NCBI GenBank assembly: GCA_030704615.1
Contig: JAKLZA010000108.1
Span: forward strand, 1 to 20,000
Origin: Takakia lepidozioides
Taxonomy: Eukaryota; Plantae; Bryophyta
Direction: 5' to 3'
DNA length: 20,000 nt
Part shown: positions 1 to 10,635 of the stretch, piece by piece
Position numbering within the stretch: the first letter of the stretch is position 1
Layout of the letters: every line of letters begins with the position of its first letter
Notes under the pieces: model-generated
The model's input: the letters and a program-made list of their open reading frames with translations, nothing else
What the model was told of the DNA's origin: nothing
The model's database searches: none
Position numbers and translations under genes: made by a program

Positions 1-907
1 CCAATAGATTGATAAAGCAAACTGATACTTAATTATCAATGGTAAGGTAGCTAACATGAATGCCAAAGGGAAACAAATAGGAAACACCCCCATGATACAC
101 TAGCTGTAGGTCATGACTGATTGTTCTGCGCGGGCTGAGTACTTAGAGATTTCCAACTCTTCTATCTTGGAGTTTCCGCCTCGAATAGCGAAGGGATGGG
201 TGAGTAAATGCCGCGCGACATTTGGCGACCATACTGGGGAACTGAGGCTTGAACAACCAGATGTGACAGGCATCTGGTGGATCATGGTGGTTGGACCATT
301 AAAGAATTTGAAGTGAATCAAATCCCTGTGATCGAAGGAAGAAAGATTGTCCAAACAATTCTTTCAAAGGTTCTTGGAATTGCCAGACGGTTGTAAGGAA
401 AATATTCTTAAGCGAGTGCATGATGCTGATCCGGAATGGGGTCTGGAGAAAGGAGTGATAAAGATTTATCAGGTAGCCTGTAGAGGAAGAGCACGTTGGT
501 TACCAACATTGGTATATGTGATAGCATTGCTATCCATTAAGCGAGTAGAGTTTGAAAGCTAGGAAGAAAGAAAGGTGAATGTTTATACTCATATGTATGA
601 AGAGCTTGTACTGGTAAAGAATTGGATTCCAAAGTATATTTTGTGGATCAAACTCACACCAAGAACAGCTTTTCAAACTTGTTTGCCATATGGTTATATG
701 GTAACGGAGACTTCAAGTATAGCCAAGGGTGCATTGAAGCTTGAAAGAAACCCAGGCATATACGAGAGATATTACAGAAGAGAGTTTTGGTTATTGCCAC
801 ATTAAAAAGAATTGAAAGACATGGGACATGAGTGATGAAAGAGAAGCTAGATGCCAGAGATATTCAGCAAAAAGAGAAAGCTATCTGAAAGCTAATTATC
901 CATATCT

Positions 908-2677
908 TTGGGAGAGAGGAATAGACATAGGGAATCATCTGGACCTCTCACACCATTAAGATCAAAGAGTACATCACCCATACCGGAAGAACTAGAGTTG
1001 GATGCCACTCCTTCTGTTTCTTTGCAAGAAAGATTAAGGGAATTGGTACAGGAAGAAGATCAATCACGAGGTGAAAGATCTGAGGTACATCCCTGGATAA
1101 AAGATTTGACAGAAATCTTTGATAAGAGTTGGCATGGAACACCAAAAGCAGGAACTCCAGTTTCTGAAGCAGAAGGAAGAAGAAGGAGAAGAGGATGTGG
1201 CAGAGCCAACGGAGAGTTCAGACTCTCCAACACCATTACAGTTGAGTTACATGAGTGAAGAAGAAACCCAAGGGCAGAACTTGGAGGATGAAAACAGAGA
1301 GAAGAAATTGGAAGAGGAAGAGGAAGAAGAAGAAGTAGACCCAACAGCTGAGGTTGAGACTACAACTAGGACATCCCAACCCGTTGGACCTGGATCAAGT
1401 GGAGCACTTGGATCACAGGCCAACGAAGGTGTCGGCTCAGGGGGATCAGGCGGGCTGCCTGGATCTGGCTCTGGGGGGACAGGGAGTGTGGGAAGTAGTG
1501 CAACTGAAGCTGGGAATACTGTGAATATCGTGGGGCCAGAAGCAGGGAGTGCTCAAGGGCCACCACTTGGTGGAAGATCCACCACAAAAACAACAGGTCC
1601 AGAAGGACCAGCACCAGCAAGGGTGCCAGCACCTGTCAGTGGGCAGAAGGTAGGGCCACAGATGGCGTTACAACCAACACGGGCAAAACCACCCTTTCCA
1701 ATATATTCAGGAAAAGGGGATCCCGATGTACACATTAGCCAATTTGAGCACATGTGTATAGTGAACAATGAGAATGGCGATGATGCCAAGATGAGATTGT
1801 TTCCTTGTTCACTCATCAAGAAAGCAAGTGAATGGTATGCAAGATTCCCTGATAATCATTTCCTAACCTGGAATGGCTTGAGTACAGCATTTCGAAATAG
1901 GTTCAGGACAAGTAAAACTGAAGATGAAGTGTATGGAAGTTTTTACAACAGTTAAAGCAAAGAAGCATGAAACTGTTGAGGAGTATATGGAAAAGATGGA
2001 ATTGATGATGAAAAAGCTGGCTGCAGTACCAGCACCCGGTTACAGAAGACTTGGTTTGTGAGTGGACTAAGACCAGAGTTGCAAAAGAAAGTGGATATGT
2101 TATCCCATAATACAGTGGAGGAGGCATTTGAAACTGCAAACAGAATGTGCAATTGGGAATGCTCAGGAGAGAGAAAAAGGAAGATGAGGACTCTGAGGAT
2201 GAGTCAGATGAAGAGAAGAGCAAGAACTAAAAAGAAAGAGTAAGAGAAAGGAGAAGTTGAAGAGGGATAACTATGAAAAAAATTGGAAGAAATCTTGAAG
2301 AAGTATGCCACAGAGGCTGTAACACATTGGAGGAAGGGTGTATGGTGTGCAAAGTGCCAGAATGAAGGCCATACCACCACAGAATGCCACATGAAGGAGA
2401 AACACTGTACTATCTGTAAAATGGATAACCATTCTACTGAGAATTGTTACTACAACAGAAGGACAGCTGCAAGAGAACCTAGGCAAGTAAGGGTGCATCA
2501 GGTGCAGCCCAGCCAAGAAGAAACAATGATCAGGACCACTATTGTAGGTCTGGTGGTTATAACAATGGATGGAAGGGAGAGGTAATTCAAGAAATAATCC
2601 CAAACAAGACCAAGGGCGAGGACCCAATGGTGAGAGCTATGTTACTATTGTAATCAGCCCGGACATCGCAAGGACAG
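908..2677 (+). pseudogene. gag: Frameshifted gag of a second LTR retrotransposon, truncated at its third zinc knuckle
   Basis: Retrotransposon capsid-like segment FPIYSGKGDPDVHISQFE...LFPCSLIKKASEWY...TWNGLSTAFRNRF (ORF 1119-1955), then ETVEEY...FVSGLRPEL in shifted frames. CCHC knuckles CAKCQNEGHTTTEC and CTICKMDNHSTENC, and a third, CYYCNQPGHRKDS, cut off at ~2677. No pol follows. Confidence 0.85.
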
Positions 2678-2687
2678 CCTTTTCATT

Positions 2688-2770
2688 CGGGGCTGCTATT
2701 TTCAAGAGCGGGCAATGATTTCATGAGCGGCATGAGCATGAGCGGAAAAAAAAAAAAGCATGAGCAGACC
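2688..2770. repeat. Left TIR-like end with CATGAGC(GG) subterminal repeats (putative non-autonomous DNA transposon end)
   Basis: cggggctgctattttcaagagc at 2688 is an imperfect inverse of 18259-18280 (revcomp cgaggtttgctatttcatgagc). It is followed by catgagcggcatgagcatgagcgg...gcatgagc. Confidence 0.55.
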
Positions 2771-3649
2771 ATTGTGATTCCCACGGAAATAGGGTTAGGA
2801 GGCACGGAAATAGGGTCATGTGAAGTTGGAATGTGGCACCCAGTGGACTTGAATGCCAACATTTTTATTGCAAATTTTGTGGCAAGCCACGTCTATACAA
2901 GTGTGTTCTAACTGTCATAGCCGAATGGGCACTACTCTCCTACAACCCTCCGAGGAACTTGCCCACCTTCTTCCCTCATCCCCCTCATCCCCTCATCCTC
3001 CGAGCTCTTGATGATGCATCAGTTCCACTATGCCTCTCAAAAATCCCGTCCTCTCTCCTTGGGGGACTGTCCACCTCACCTCCTGGAATCTTCTGCGTCT
3101 TCTCCCCCACTTTCCTCAAGGCAGAATCCAACAAATCTACGAGCCCGACGGGCTCTAATAGCTGCTGCCGCCTCCTCCCTCATCTTCATTTTCTCTTGAG
3201 GCTTGCCTCGTCTAAAATCTGCTGTACACGACTCCGTTCGGAACCCTCCTAATGGACACCGAAGCAAGCCGGGCAGCATAAGTAGGAAGGATGTACTCCC
3301 TTTCTGGACCTAGGCATGAAAATCCCCCCTGGCAAAAAAAGGCACGTTCTCCTCCTGCCCATGACTCCGGTGTAGACGTCCCTCCGGCAGTACTTGGCAT
3401 CCTACAGTAAGAACAAATCCACTTCAGAATGTCAATACCCAGCACAACCAGAAAGGGTTTTCAATGAATAAGAGAGTGGAGGGAGGTGCCTCACAAAATC
3501 TGGAGGCAACTTACAATGCCACCACTCACTCGTAAACCGGGGGCTCCTCGGCCTCGATCCCAACTTCCTCCCCCTGCCTCCTTCTCGGATTTTTCCTCTC
3601 CTCCGAGATGCCTCTTCCTCTTTCGGCAGACGTTCACAGCCGCTGCAAG

Positions 3650-4440
3650 TTCCGAGTTGTGGAGGGCAGTATCTGGCTCGAAGGCGAACACATGCCTGTC
3701 GGTCAACGTCCCTGCCCACATTGAAGCACCTGAGAACAAAGCGGCGGTTAATAGCTTGCGGCATGCATTGCAATGGGCCCAGGGGAAAACTGAGCACGTG
3801 AAGGCTTACCCGTGCCGCATGTGAGGTCCAGAATCCGCCCTTGGACATCCGAGCACGTCTCCATGGAGGTTTGGATGAAAGCAGGGCTCCGGGTCCGGCT
3901 GTACCGCCACGTTTGCCCTGGGTCTTTGTGTCCTTCGGCATACTGGAGTGGGGCACATAGTTGTAGAGGGGACATCGTAGGTTACAAGGTCCACAAGCGG
4001 CATCAACAAGACGACCGTCGTTGCGGAATTTGAACGTAGACCCTCTCTCACAAAGCATTATGCCTCAAACACCAATGTCTGCACATCCAACAAAGAAGGG
4101 ATCAATTCCAGGGTCTACTTAACATACACCACAATATGAAGTGAATGCAAAGATTGATAACTTACACTTTGGCCCTCTGTTCGCAACCCCTGCGTACTGA
4201 TGCAGAACCATTTTCTGAGGAGGACCGGGGTGACACTTTTCGGTGTCCACCTTGCCACCGCATTCTCTGTGTCTTCCCTCTCGTGGCAAGGACAACCACA
4301 CATCCACCTTCATCCAGAAGCATCCCCGCCAGCCCAAACCCGGCTTTCCAGTAGTCCTCAGTAAACCTGTTCCAGGTGGGCACACATCCACCAGCCCTCC
4401 AGCAGCTCCCCATCTGGAATGTCGAGGAGATCATGTCGCA
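3650..4440 (-). other. N6_N4_Mtase-like domain (motif IV-like element before motif I, i.e. beta order)
   Basis: CDMIxLDIPDG (DIPDG at 4423-4409, in the DPPY position)...VPTWN...GMLLDEGGCVVVL...RSPAFIQTSMETCSDVQGRILDLTCGTG|ASMWAGTLTDRHVFAFEPD. This parallels the consensus KP..l...li...s..gd.vLDpF.GsGtt..Aa...gR...g.E.d. Confidence 0.7.
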
Positions 4441-5313
4441 AGCTCTCTCCACCTCAACCCCCCCCCCCCCCCCCCCCCGAGTGCTCTTGCAATTCGTGCT
4501 CACAGCCGTGAAGAATTCCATCATGGCTTCAACCAGGGGTGTCTTTAGGCTCTGTCCCGCCAGCCCCTCTTCTTGGCTTTCCCCTTCTGCTCCGCCAGAG
4601 ACTTGTTTTCGCCCTGGCAGCGAGAGCGTCAAGGAAGCTCTCATTGACGCATTGGATGATGGTTGGAGGTTCTAGCTTTGGCCTGTGCGTAACGTCACCG
4701 CCGAATACCGGCGTGTAGGCTCGCCCTCAAATGCCAACTTCTTGGCAGAGCCAGTCCCACCCCGAACTGACTTGGGAACCCGGACGACCGGTGACTGGGT
4801 AGGAGCAACAGCAGTCGAAGGACCTTGAACGAAGTCGTCGTCCAAGTCACTCTCTTGGGTCCCCTCCTGCGCCTCCTCCGATGCCCCGATGGTTTTCTTC
4901 TTTTTGGGTGTTACTACTGCAGTCACCTGTTTCCTTGTCCTTTTCCTTTGACCTTTACTCTTCTCATGCATTTCTCCTGAATTCCTGCTGAGCAAGCTCT
5001 GCCGCTTTCCTGGAGTTCGCAAGCGCTTTTGCTTCTTTTGCACCCAATGGAGGCAGCGGAGCCCGGTTTCGTCGGAATTCAGCATCCAGCTTCAATTGAA
5101 CTCGGATGGGTCGAGCGAGCCGGGCGGAAGGTCCACATACCAAGGGCAATCACGCAAATGTTCCAGATGCCACTCCTTCACAATATCGTCAGTGTACATG
5201 GAGTCAGCCCCAGGGTTCCTCCATGCCAGGAAGAATGGTGGCTCGAAAGACAGATGACCTTTCTCCAAAAGGGAGAACTTACAGTACCTGCATTCATGAA
5301 AAACACAATGAGG

Positions 5314-6172
5314 TCCGAAAATGGCTAAGTCCCTGAACGGCAATAGGGCCTACAACTGGAAAATGGCGCCGAATTTCCACTTCAGGGCCAGCCAGTCTAG
5401 GGACTTAGCCCGAAAATGGCTAAGTCCCTGAACGCAATAGGGCCTGGAACTGGAAAACGGCGCCGAATTTCCAGTTCAGGGCCAACCAGTCTAGGGACTT
5501 AGCCCGAAAATGGCTAAGTCCCTGGACGGCAATAGGGCCTAACTAGAAACGGCGCCGAATTTCCAGTTCCGGGCCAGCCACCCTAGGGACTTAGCACGAA
5601 AATGGCTAAGTCCCTGGAACGGCAATAGGGCCTAGAACTGGAAAACGGCGCCGAATTTCCAGTTCCGGGCCAGCCACCCTAGGGACTTAGCACGAAATGG
5701 CTAAGTCCCTGGACGGCAATAGGGCCTAGAACTGGAAAACGGCGCCGAATTTCCAGTTCCGGGCCAGCCACCCTAGGGACTTAGCCCGAAAATGGCTAAG
5801 TCCCTGAACGGCAATAGGGCCTACAACTGGAAAATGGCGCCGATTTCCACTTCAGGGCCAGCCAGTCTAGGGACTTAGCCCGAAAATGGCTAAGTCCCTG
5901 AACGGCAATAGGGCCTGGAACTGGAAATGGCGTCGAATTTCCAGTTCAGGGCCAGCCAGTCTAGGGACTTAGCCCGAAAATGGCTAAGTCCCTGGACGGC
6001 AATAGGGCCTAGAACTGGAAAACGGCGCCGAATTTCCAATTCCGGGCCAGCCACCCTAGGGACTTAGACCGAAAATGGCTAAGTCCCTGGACAGCAATAG
6101 GGCCTGGAACTGGAAAATGGCGCCGAATTTCAGTTCCGGGCCAGCCAGTCTAGGGACTTAGCCATTTTCGGA
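5314..6172. repeat. Tandem array of 9 x ~95-bp palindromic units inside a predicted intron
   Basis: atggctaagtccct recurs at about 5321, 5416, 5510, 5602, 5697, 5792, 5886, 5980 and 6076. Each unit is gctaagtccct...ctggaaa-ggcgcc-tttcca(g/c)...agggacttagc. The array is bounded by a 21-bp inverted repeat (5314-5334 / 6152-6172). Confidence 0.95.
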
Positions 6173-6426
6173 GCCCTGACTGGAAATTCGGCGCCATTTT
6201 CCCTAACACCACTTGAGGCCTCTAACATCCTGAAATGCCAGGACTTGAAAAAAGGCGGCGCGTATGTACCTGTACAGAAGGCGCATTGCTGCTTTGTCCG
6301 CGTTTGGCTGGTCGGTGAACTCGTGGCTCCGGCGAGCATCTGCTATCTCCCGAAAAAATAGGTTGGTTTTGTAGAGTAGAAAGTACCTCGTCACGTAGTC
6401 ACGTCTGCTCTCTGCTGCAGGAGATA

Positions 6427-6511
6427 TGTCGTGCGCATACATATCGCTACACAACTACATCGCTGTCCAAACCACACCACACATATATGCACAATAAAGT
6501 AGTCTAGCACA
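6427..6511 (-). repeat. Extra copy of the first 85 bp of the LTR, joined to the end of the 3' LTR
   Basis: Identical (85/85) to 6870-6954. Confidence 0.9.
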
Positions 6512-6512
6512 A

Positions 6513-6954
6513 TGATAAACAAAGCTAAAAAGGACATACACTTCCAACACAAGAAATATGAAATCCATCGCTATCACTCATTGAAACTGAAGTCGAGCCA
6601 GGGGCACCCCAAGCTATGGGGACTCCACCCCACAACAACCTACATCCCTACATAAGCACACTCAAACCTAAACATGCAGGAGCTCGGTCGCGCAGGCTCA
6701 ACTCGAGAGAGATGAGCCGCGCGACTGCCGCTCTCGTGAAGATAAGACAGACCAGGTGTCAAACTAAACTTGACACCTGATTTAACACTTGACCTAAATC
6801 CAAGTGTTAAATACAAATAACTAGTTTTATTCTAGCTGTTTTCACACTGTGCTTATTTAACTTGACAGCTGTCGTGCGCATACATATCGCTACACAACTA
6901 CATCGCTGTCCAAACCACACCACACATATATGCACAATAAAGTAGTCTAGCACA
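6513..6954 (-). repeat. 3' LTR, 442 bp, TG...CA
   Basis: On the minus strand it starts TGTGCTAG 2 nt after the PPT and ends GTTTATCA. Its last 76 bp match 17850-17926, which is followed by the putative PBS. Confidence 0.8.
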
Positions 6955-6956
6955 AT

Positions 6957-6965
6957 CGCCCCCCT
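6957..6965 (-). promoter_or_regulatory. Polypurine tract
   Basis: Minus strand reads aggggggcg-at-TG at the LTR start. Confidence 0.75.
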
Positions 6966-7214
6966 AGCTGGTGGATAGGTCCCTCTACCTCCAGATAGCT
7001 ACAAGATGTAATAGCCACAGCCGTACTAAGTCCTCTATCACTGTCATTATCGTGCTCAAACTCTATCAACCAAGAGGCCGGGTACAAGAGTAGCCCCATC
7101 GTTAGTCGCCGTCTTGCAATCTATGAACTTGAGCCAAGATCTCGTGTGTTCAAGGTCTCCTAGTAGCTGGGCCTTGCGTTTCTTGTTAGCCTCCCATGGT
7201 TGTATCCACTCCCA

Positions 7215-10200
7215 CTATCCAATGCAATGTGGACATAACCAATCCCCATCCGGAACCATCTCAAGAGGTGGAGTCAAGCATCCCATATGCCAACCTCTAG
7301 AGCACCGATCACATACCAGCATGGTGGCTGCCCCTTTAGCAGACCCACACAACATGCACCTCAAACCTGCAGATACCACTGCCAGGTTTGGGTCAATCCT
7401 GCCATCGACATTCGGAAGGTGACATGGCGCACAATTACGCACATGGTCCTTCCAAGTGATGCCATCCCGACCCTCCAAGACCAAGACGCCTGAGGGCAAG
7501 ACCTCTCGAACCCTCAAAATAACACGTCCTGCAGTCACATCCAGGGTCGTAGGAGCAGTCTGCTGCAGATAGACATAGTCACCAGGGTTGAATCTCCGAA
7601 CCCCAGGACGATAGCCCCCACCACGTATGGTAGCATACCTCAACGTATCACGGTGTTGTGCAATGGCAAGGTTCTCGAAAGCCATGGGCATGACTCTCTT
7701 GAACAACTCTGCACGCTGCTCACATGCACGTGCCCACACGTCCGGATCGTCAAGGTTAAGAACTGTAGCAGCTTCTCTGCGAATGGATGTAGGCAAATCC
7801 GGCTCTCGGCCAAAGAGAAGAAAGTATGGTGAGAAGGAGGCAAGTGATGCTTGCTTGCTGAACCTGTAGCCCATGGCTAACCAGGGTAACTGAAGGTCCC
7901 AATCTCCTAGGTGTCCCTTCTGCAAGCCATACTTGCGCAAACCCCTCTTTACTGTCTGAACAACTCTCTCTGCCAAGCCATCGGCTTCAGGATGATCCCG
8001 AGAAGTGGTGCGGTGGTCTATCAAGGCCTTTGTCACACAAAGCCTGAAACTCCCCCAAGAACTCTCTCCCTTGGTCCGTGAGTACCTCAGCTGGAGCACC
8101 GAATCGGCTAAGCACACAATCCAAGAATGCATACGCAGCTCCCTCACTAGCCTTATCAGGCAATGGAACCAATTCAATCCACTTGGAGAAGTGCTCCACC
8201 ATCACCAACACGTACTTGTTGTGGCGCATGGTCAGTGGCAACGGCCCTGCGAAGTCAAGACTCCACCTGTAGCCCAATCCCATGATCGGAAGAGGGTGCA
8301 ATTGTGGAGTAGGGGCGTTGAATGAAGCACGCACCCTGTCACACACCATGCACCTAGCCACAAAGTGTTGTACCTCTGTGTGCATACCACGCCACCAATA
8401 CTGCCCCTGCAGTAGACTATGAGTGCGTCGCACCCCAAAATGCCCCAACTCCTCATGGGCATGCCGCACTAACCGTGCCCGCTGTGTTGGGTGAGGCACA
8501 ATCCTCACTCGACCATCCTCCCACACTCGGAGCAGGTGTGTCCCCTCCCACCTGAACCTCTTGGCTCGTTGTAGGATCCGATCCCTCTCCTTGGCAGTCA
8601 TAGTGGCTGCCGTGTCTCCACTGCGGAGGTAGTCCAACACAACTGAATCCTCATGTATATCTTTGGCGCCACCCTGCTCATTGCTGGCCTCAGGGTCCTC
8701 AGACACTTGATCTACAGTCATCCCTGTTGTAGGTCCAACCTGGCCTTCCGCTGCCAAGATACACAGAAATGCAGATGCATGCCATCCGGGCACCATCTCC
8801 TCGTCCGTCTCACCATGCCACCGAGCTCCAGTGTCATCCTGCTGGCTCGTGCATGGATTGCGACTCAACCCATCTGCATTTCGATTGACCAAACCCGGTC
8901 GATGCACCACCTGAAAGTCATACTCTTGAAGGATGAGTGCCCACCGTGCAAGCTTCCCCGTAAGCTTGTCTGACTCCATCAACCACTTGAGTGGTTGGTG
9001 ATCCGTGACAAGGGTGAAGAGATTGCCGTATAAATAGCACCTGAAGTGTGCCACGGCCCACACTGCAGCTAAGCATTCTCCCTCATATGAGCTATACTTA
9101 GACTCTGCAGCATTGTTCGAGCGGCTAGCATAAGCCACTACGAACTCTCTTCCCTCATCATCCACCTGTGTGAGCACCGCTCCAAGCCCCAGCATGCTCC
9201 AATCTGTATGCAGCTGAAAAGGACGCCCCCTGATAGGTCGTCTCAAGATGGGCGCCGAGGTCAACCTCGCCTTGAGCTCTTGAAAAGCTTGTTCTTGCTC
9301 ATCTTCCCACTGCCACTCCTGGTCCACCTTGGTCAGCTTGGTTAGAGCCTTTGCAATGGCACTAAATCCCTTAACAAACCGTCTGTAATAGTTTGCTAAC
9401 CCCATGAAAGCTCGAACTCGGCTCACATCCGTGGGGCGTGGAACCTGTGCAATGGACTCTACCTTAGTCTGCTGTACCCCCAATCCTCCAGGATATATCA
9501 TGTGACCCAGATACTCAATCTGGTTGTGGAAAAACTTGCACTTGCCCGGATGTAACTTCAATCCGTGCGTCCTCAAGCGCTCAAATACCCCTGAAGGTGT
9601 CTCTCATGCTCCTCCACCGTAGCACTAAAGATGATGATGTCATCTATGTAGCACCGAGCAAACTCCACCCCTGCTAGAATCCTGTCCATGACTCTTTGAA
9701 ACTCAGCGGGAGCGTTTTTAAGCCCAAATGGTAAGAACCGCCACTGGTATAGGCAATCCTTCCCGTGCTCATTGATCCCCCAGAATGCCGTCTTTTGCTT
9801 ATCCGCCTCCTTGATCGGCAACTGGTGATATCCGGATCGTAAATCCAACGTGCTAAAGACCTTGGAATGCCCAATGGCATCAAAGATCTCCTCTGGTGTT
9901 GGCATGGCATACCTATCGGACTTGGTCTGACGATTTACAGGCCGGTAATCACCGCACATACGTCTCTCCGTCCAATTGCCATAGACATCCTTCTTGCTGG
10001 CATCACTGTGGCTGAAGCATACTCTCCACCAGAGAGCTCCACCAAACCTGCCTCCCAGAGATCTTGAGTCCTCATCTGAATCAAAGACCTCTCCATGTCA
10101 CTGTATCTATAGGGTCTCCGAAAGATTGGCGTGTCAGTGGCCAACTCAATACGGATCTCTTGACCCTTCAGTGCTCCCAAGTCCTTCAAACTGAAGGCAA

Positions 10201-10348
10201 AGCAATTCCTGTAAGCCCTCAGGAACCGCCGTATACGTCGTCTCTCTCCTCCGGTGACAATGGGTCCAATATCAGGCTCCCAATTGTCCTCCGTAACTGC
10301 AACCTTAAGTCCAGTGGGCTTAGAGGTAGAGGACGCGTCCCGTGGTTG
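7215..10348 (-). CDS. pol: pol: reverse transcriptase, RNase H, integrase and PHD finger (three 1-nt frameshifts)
   Basis: RT: RMCGDYRPVN, LDLRSGYHQ, LPFGLKNAP, YIDD (9650-9639). RNase H: LHTDWS...YEGECLA...TDH...ADGLSR. Integrase: HHCC, SLDF, TDQG, GLAER. Frameshifts near 9990, 9585 and 8027. Confidence 0.93.
7224..7358 (-). other. PHD finger (C4HC3) at the integrase C-terminus
   Basis: CMLCGSAKGAATMLVCDRCSRGWHMGCLTPPLEMVPDGDWLCPHC has all eight ligands and the conserved Trp. Confidence 0.93.
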
Positions 10349-10635
10349 CTATGCTGCAACCTCTTGAGCAGTACCCCCTTCCTGCTCAGTCAATGACAAG
10401 GCCTCATCCTGCCCCATCATCTCATCATTGAGAACCTCCTCATCCCGAGAAGAATCCCCAACCTCATCCATCACAGCTGCCTTCGCTGCCAACTCCCTCT
10501 GAACCTCGAGCACCTCCCACATGTGCCATGGATGTCTACACCTCGTGGTCCTCACCGGCTCGCCCCCACTCGCTGCCTGTACCGTCTCGGTAGGCAGAGA
10601 GACCATCAAGGGAAGTGCACTCCGCACTCTACGTT

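Larger units (their letters stand above)
2950..6426 (-). pseudogene. Decayed multi-exon gene encoding a beta-class DNA amino-methyltransferase-like domain; 3' limit approximate
   Basis: GT-AG introns at 6269-5288 (LLYR|YCKFSL), 4165-4079 (EGQS|TLVF) and 3809-3730 (DLTCGTG|ASMW) all join in frame. Several frameshifts and one TAA at 4060-4058. The exon is interrupted at 6426 by the retroelement and resumes at 17927. Confidence 0.65.

Noticed and set aside
113-805. Short plus-strand ORFs upstream of the left gag
   Set aside because: They may be a decayed accessory ORF, but no motif is recognisable.
4457-4478. Long C homopolymer (poly-Pro or poly-Gly in translations)
   Set aside because: It is a simple repeat whose length is unreliable, with no functional evidence.
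5314-6172. CRISPR array
   Set aside because: Units are repeated in full with no unique spacers, there are no cas genes, and the context is eukaryotic.
6427-6954. TRIM with 85-bp TG...CA LTRs, or a single 528-bp LTR
   Set aside because: There is no internal PBS or PPT and no TSD. The 6513-6588 match to 17850-17926 followed by a PBS defines the LTR as 6513-6954.
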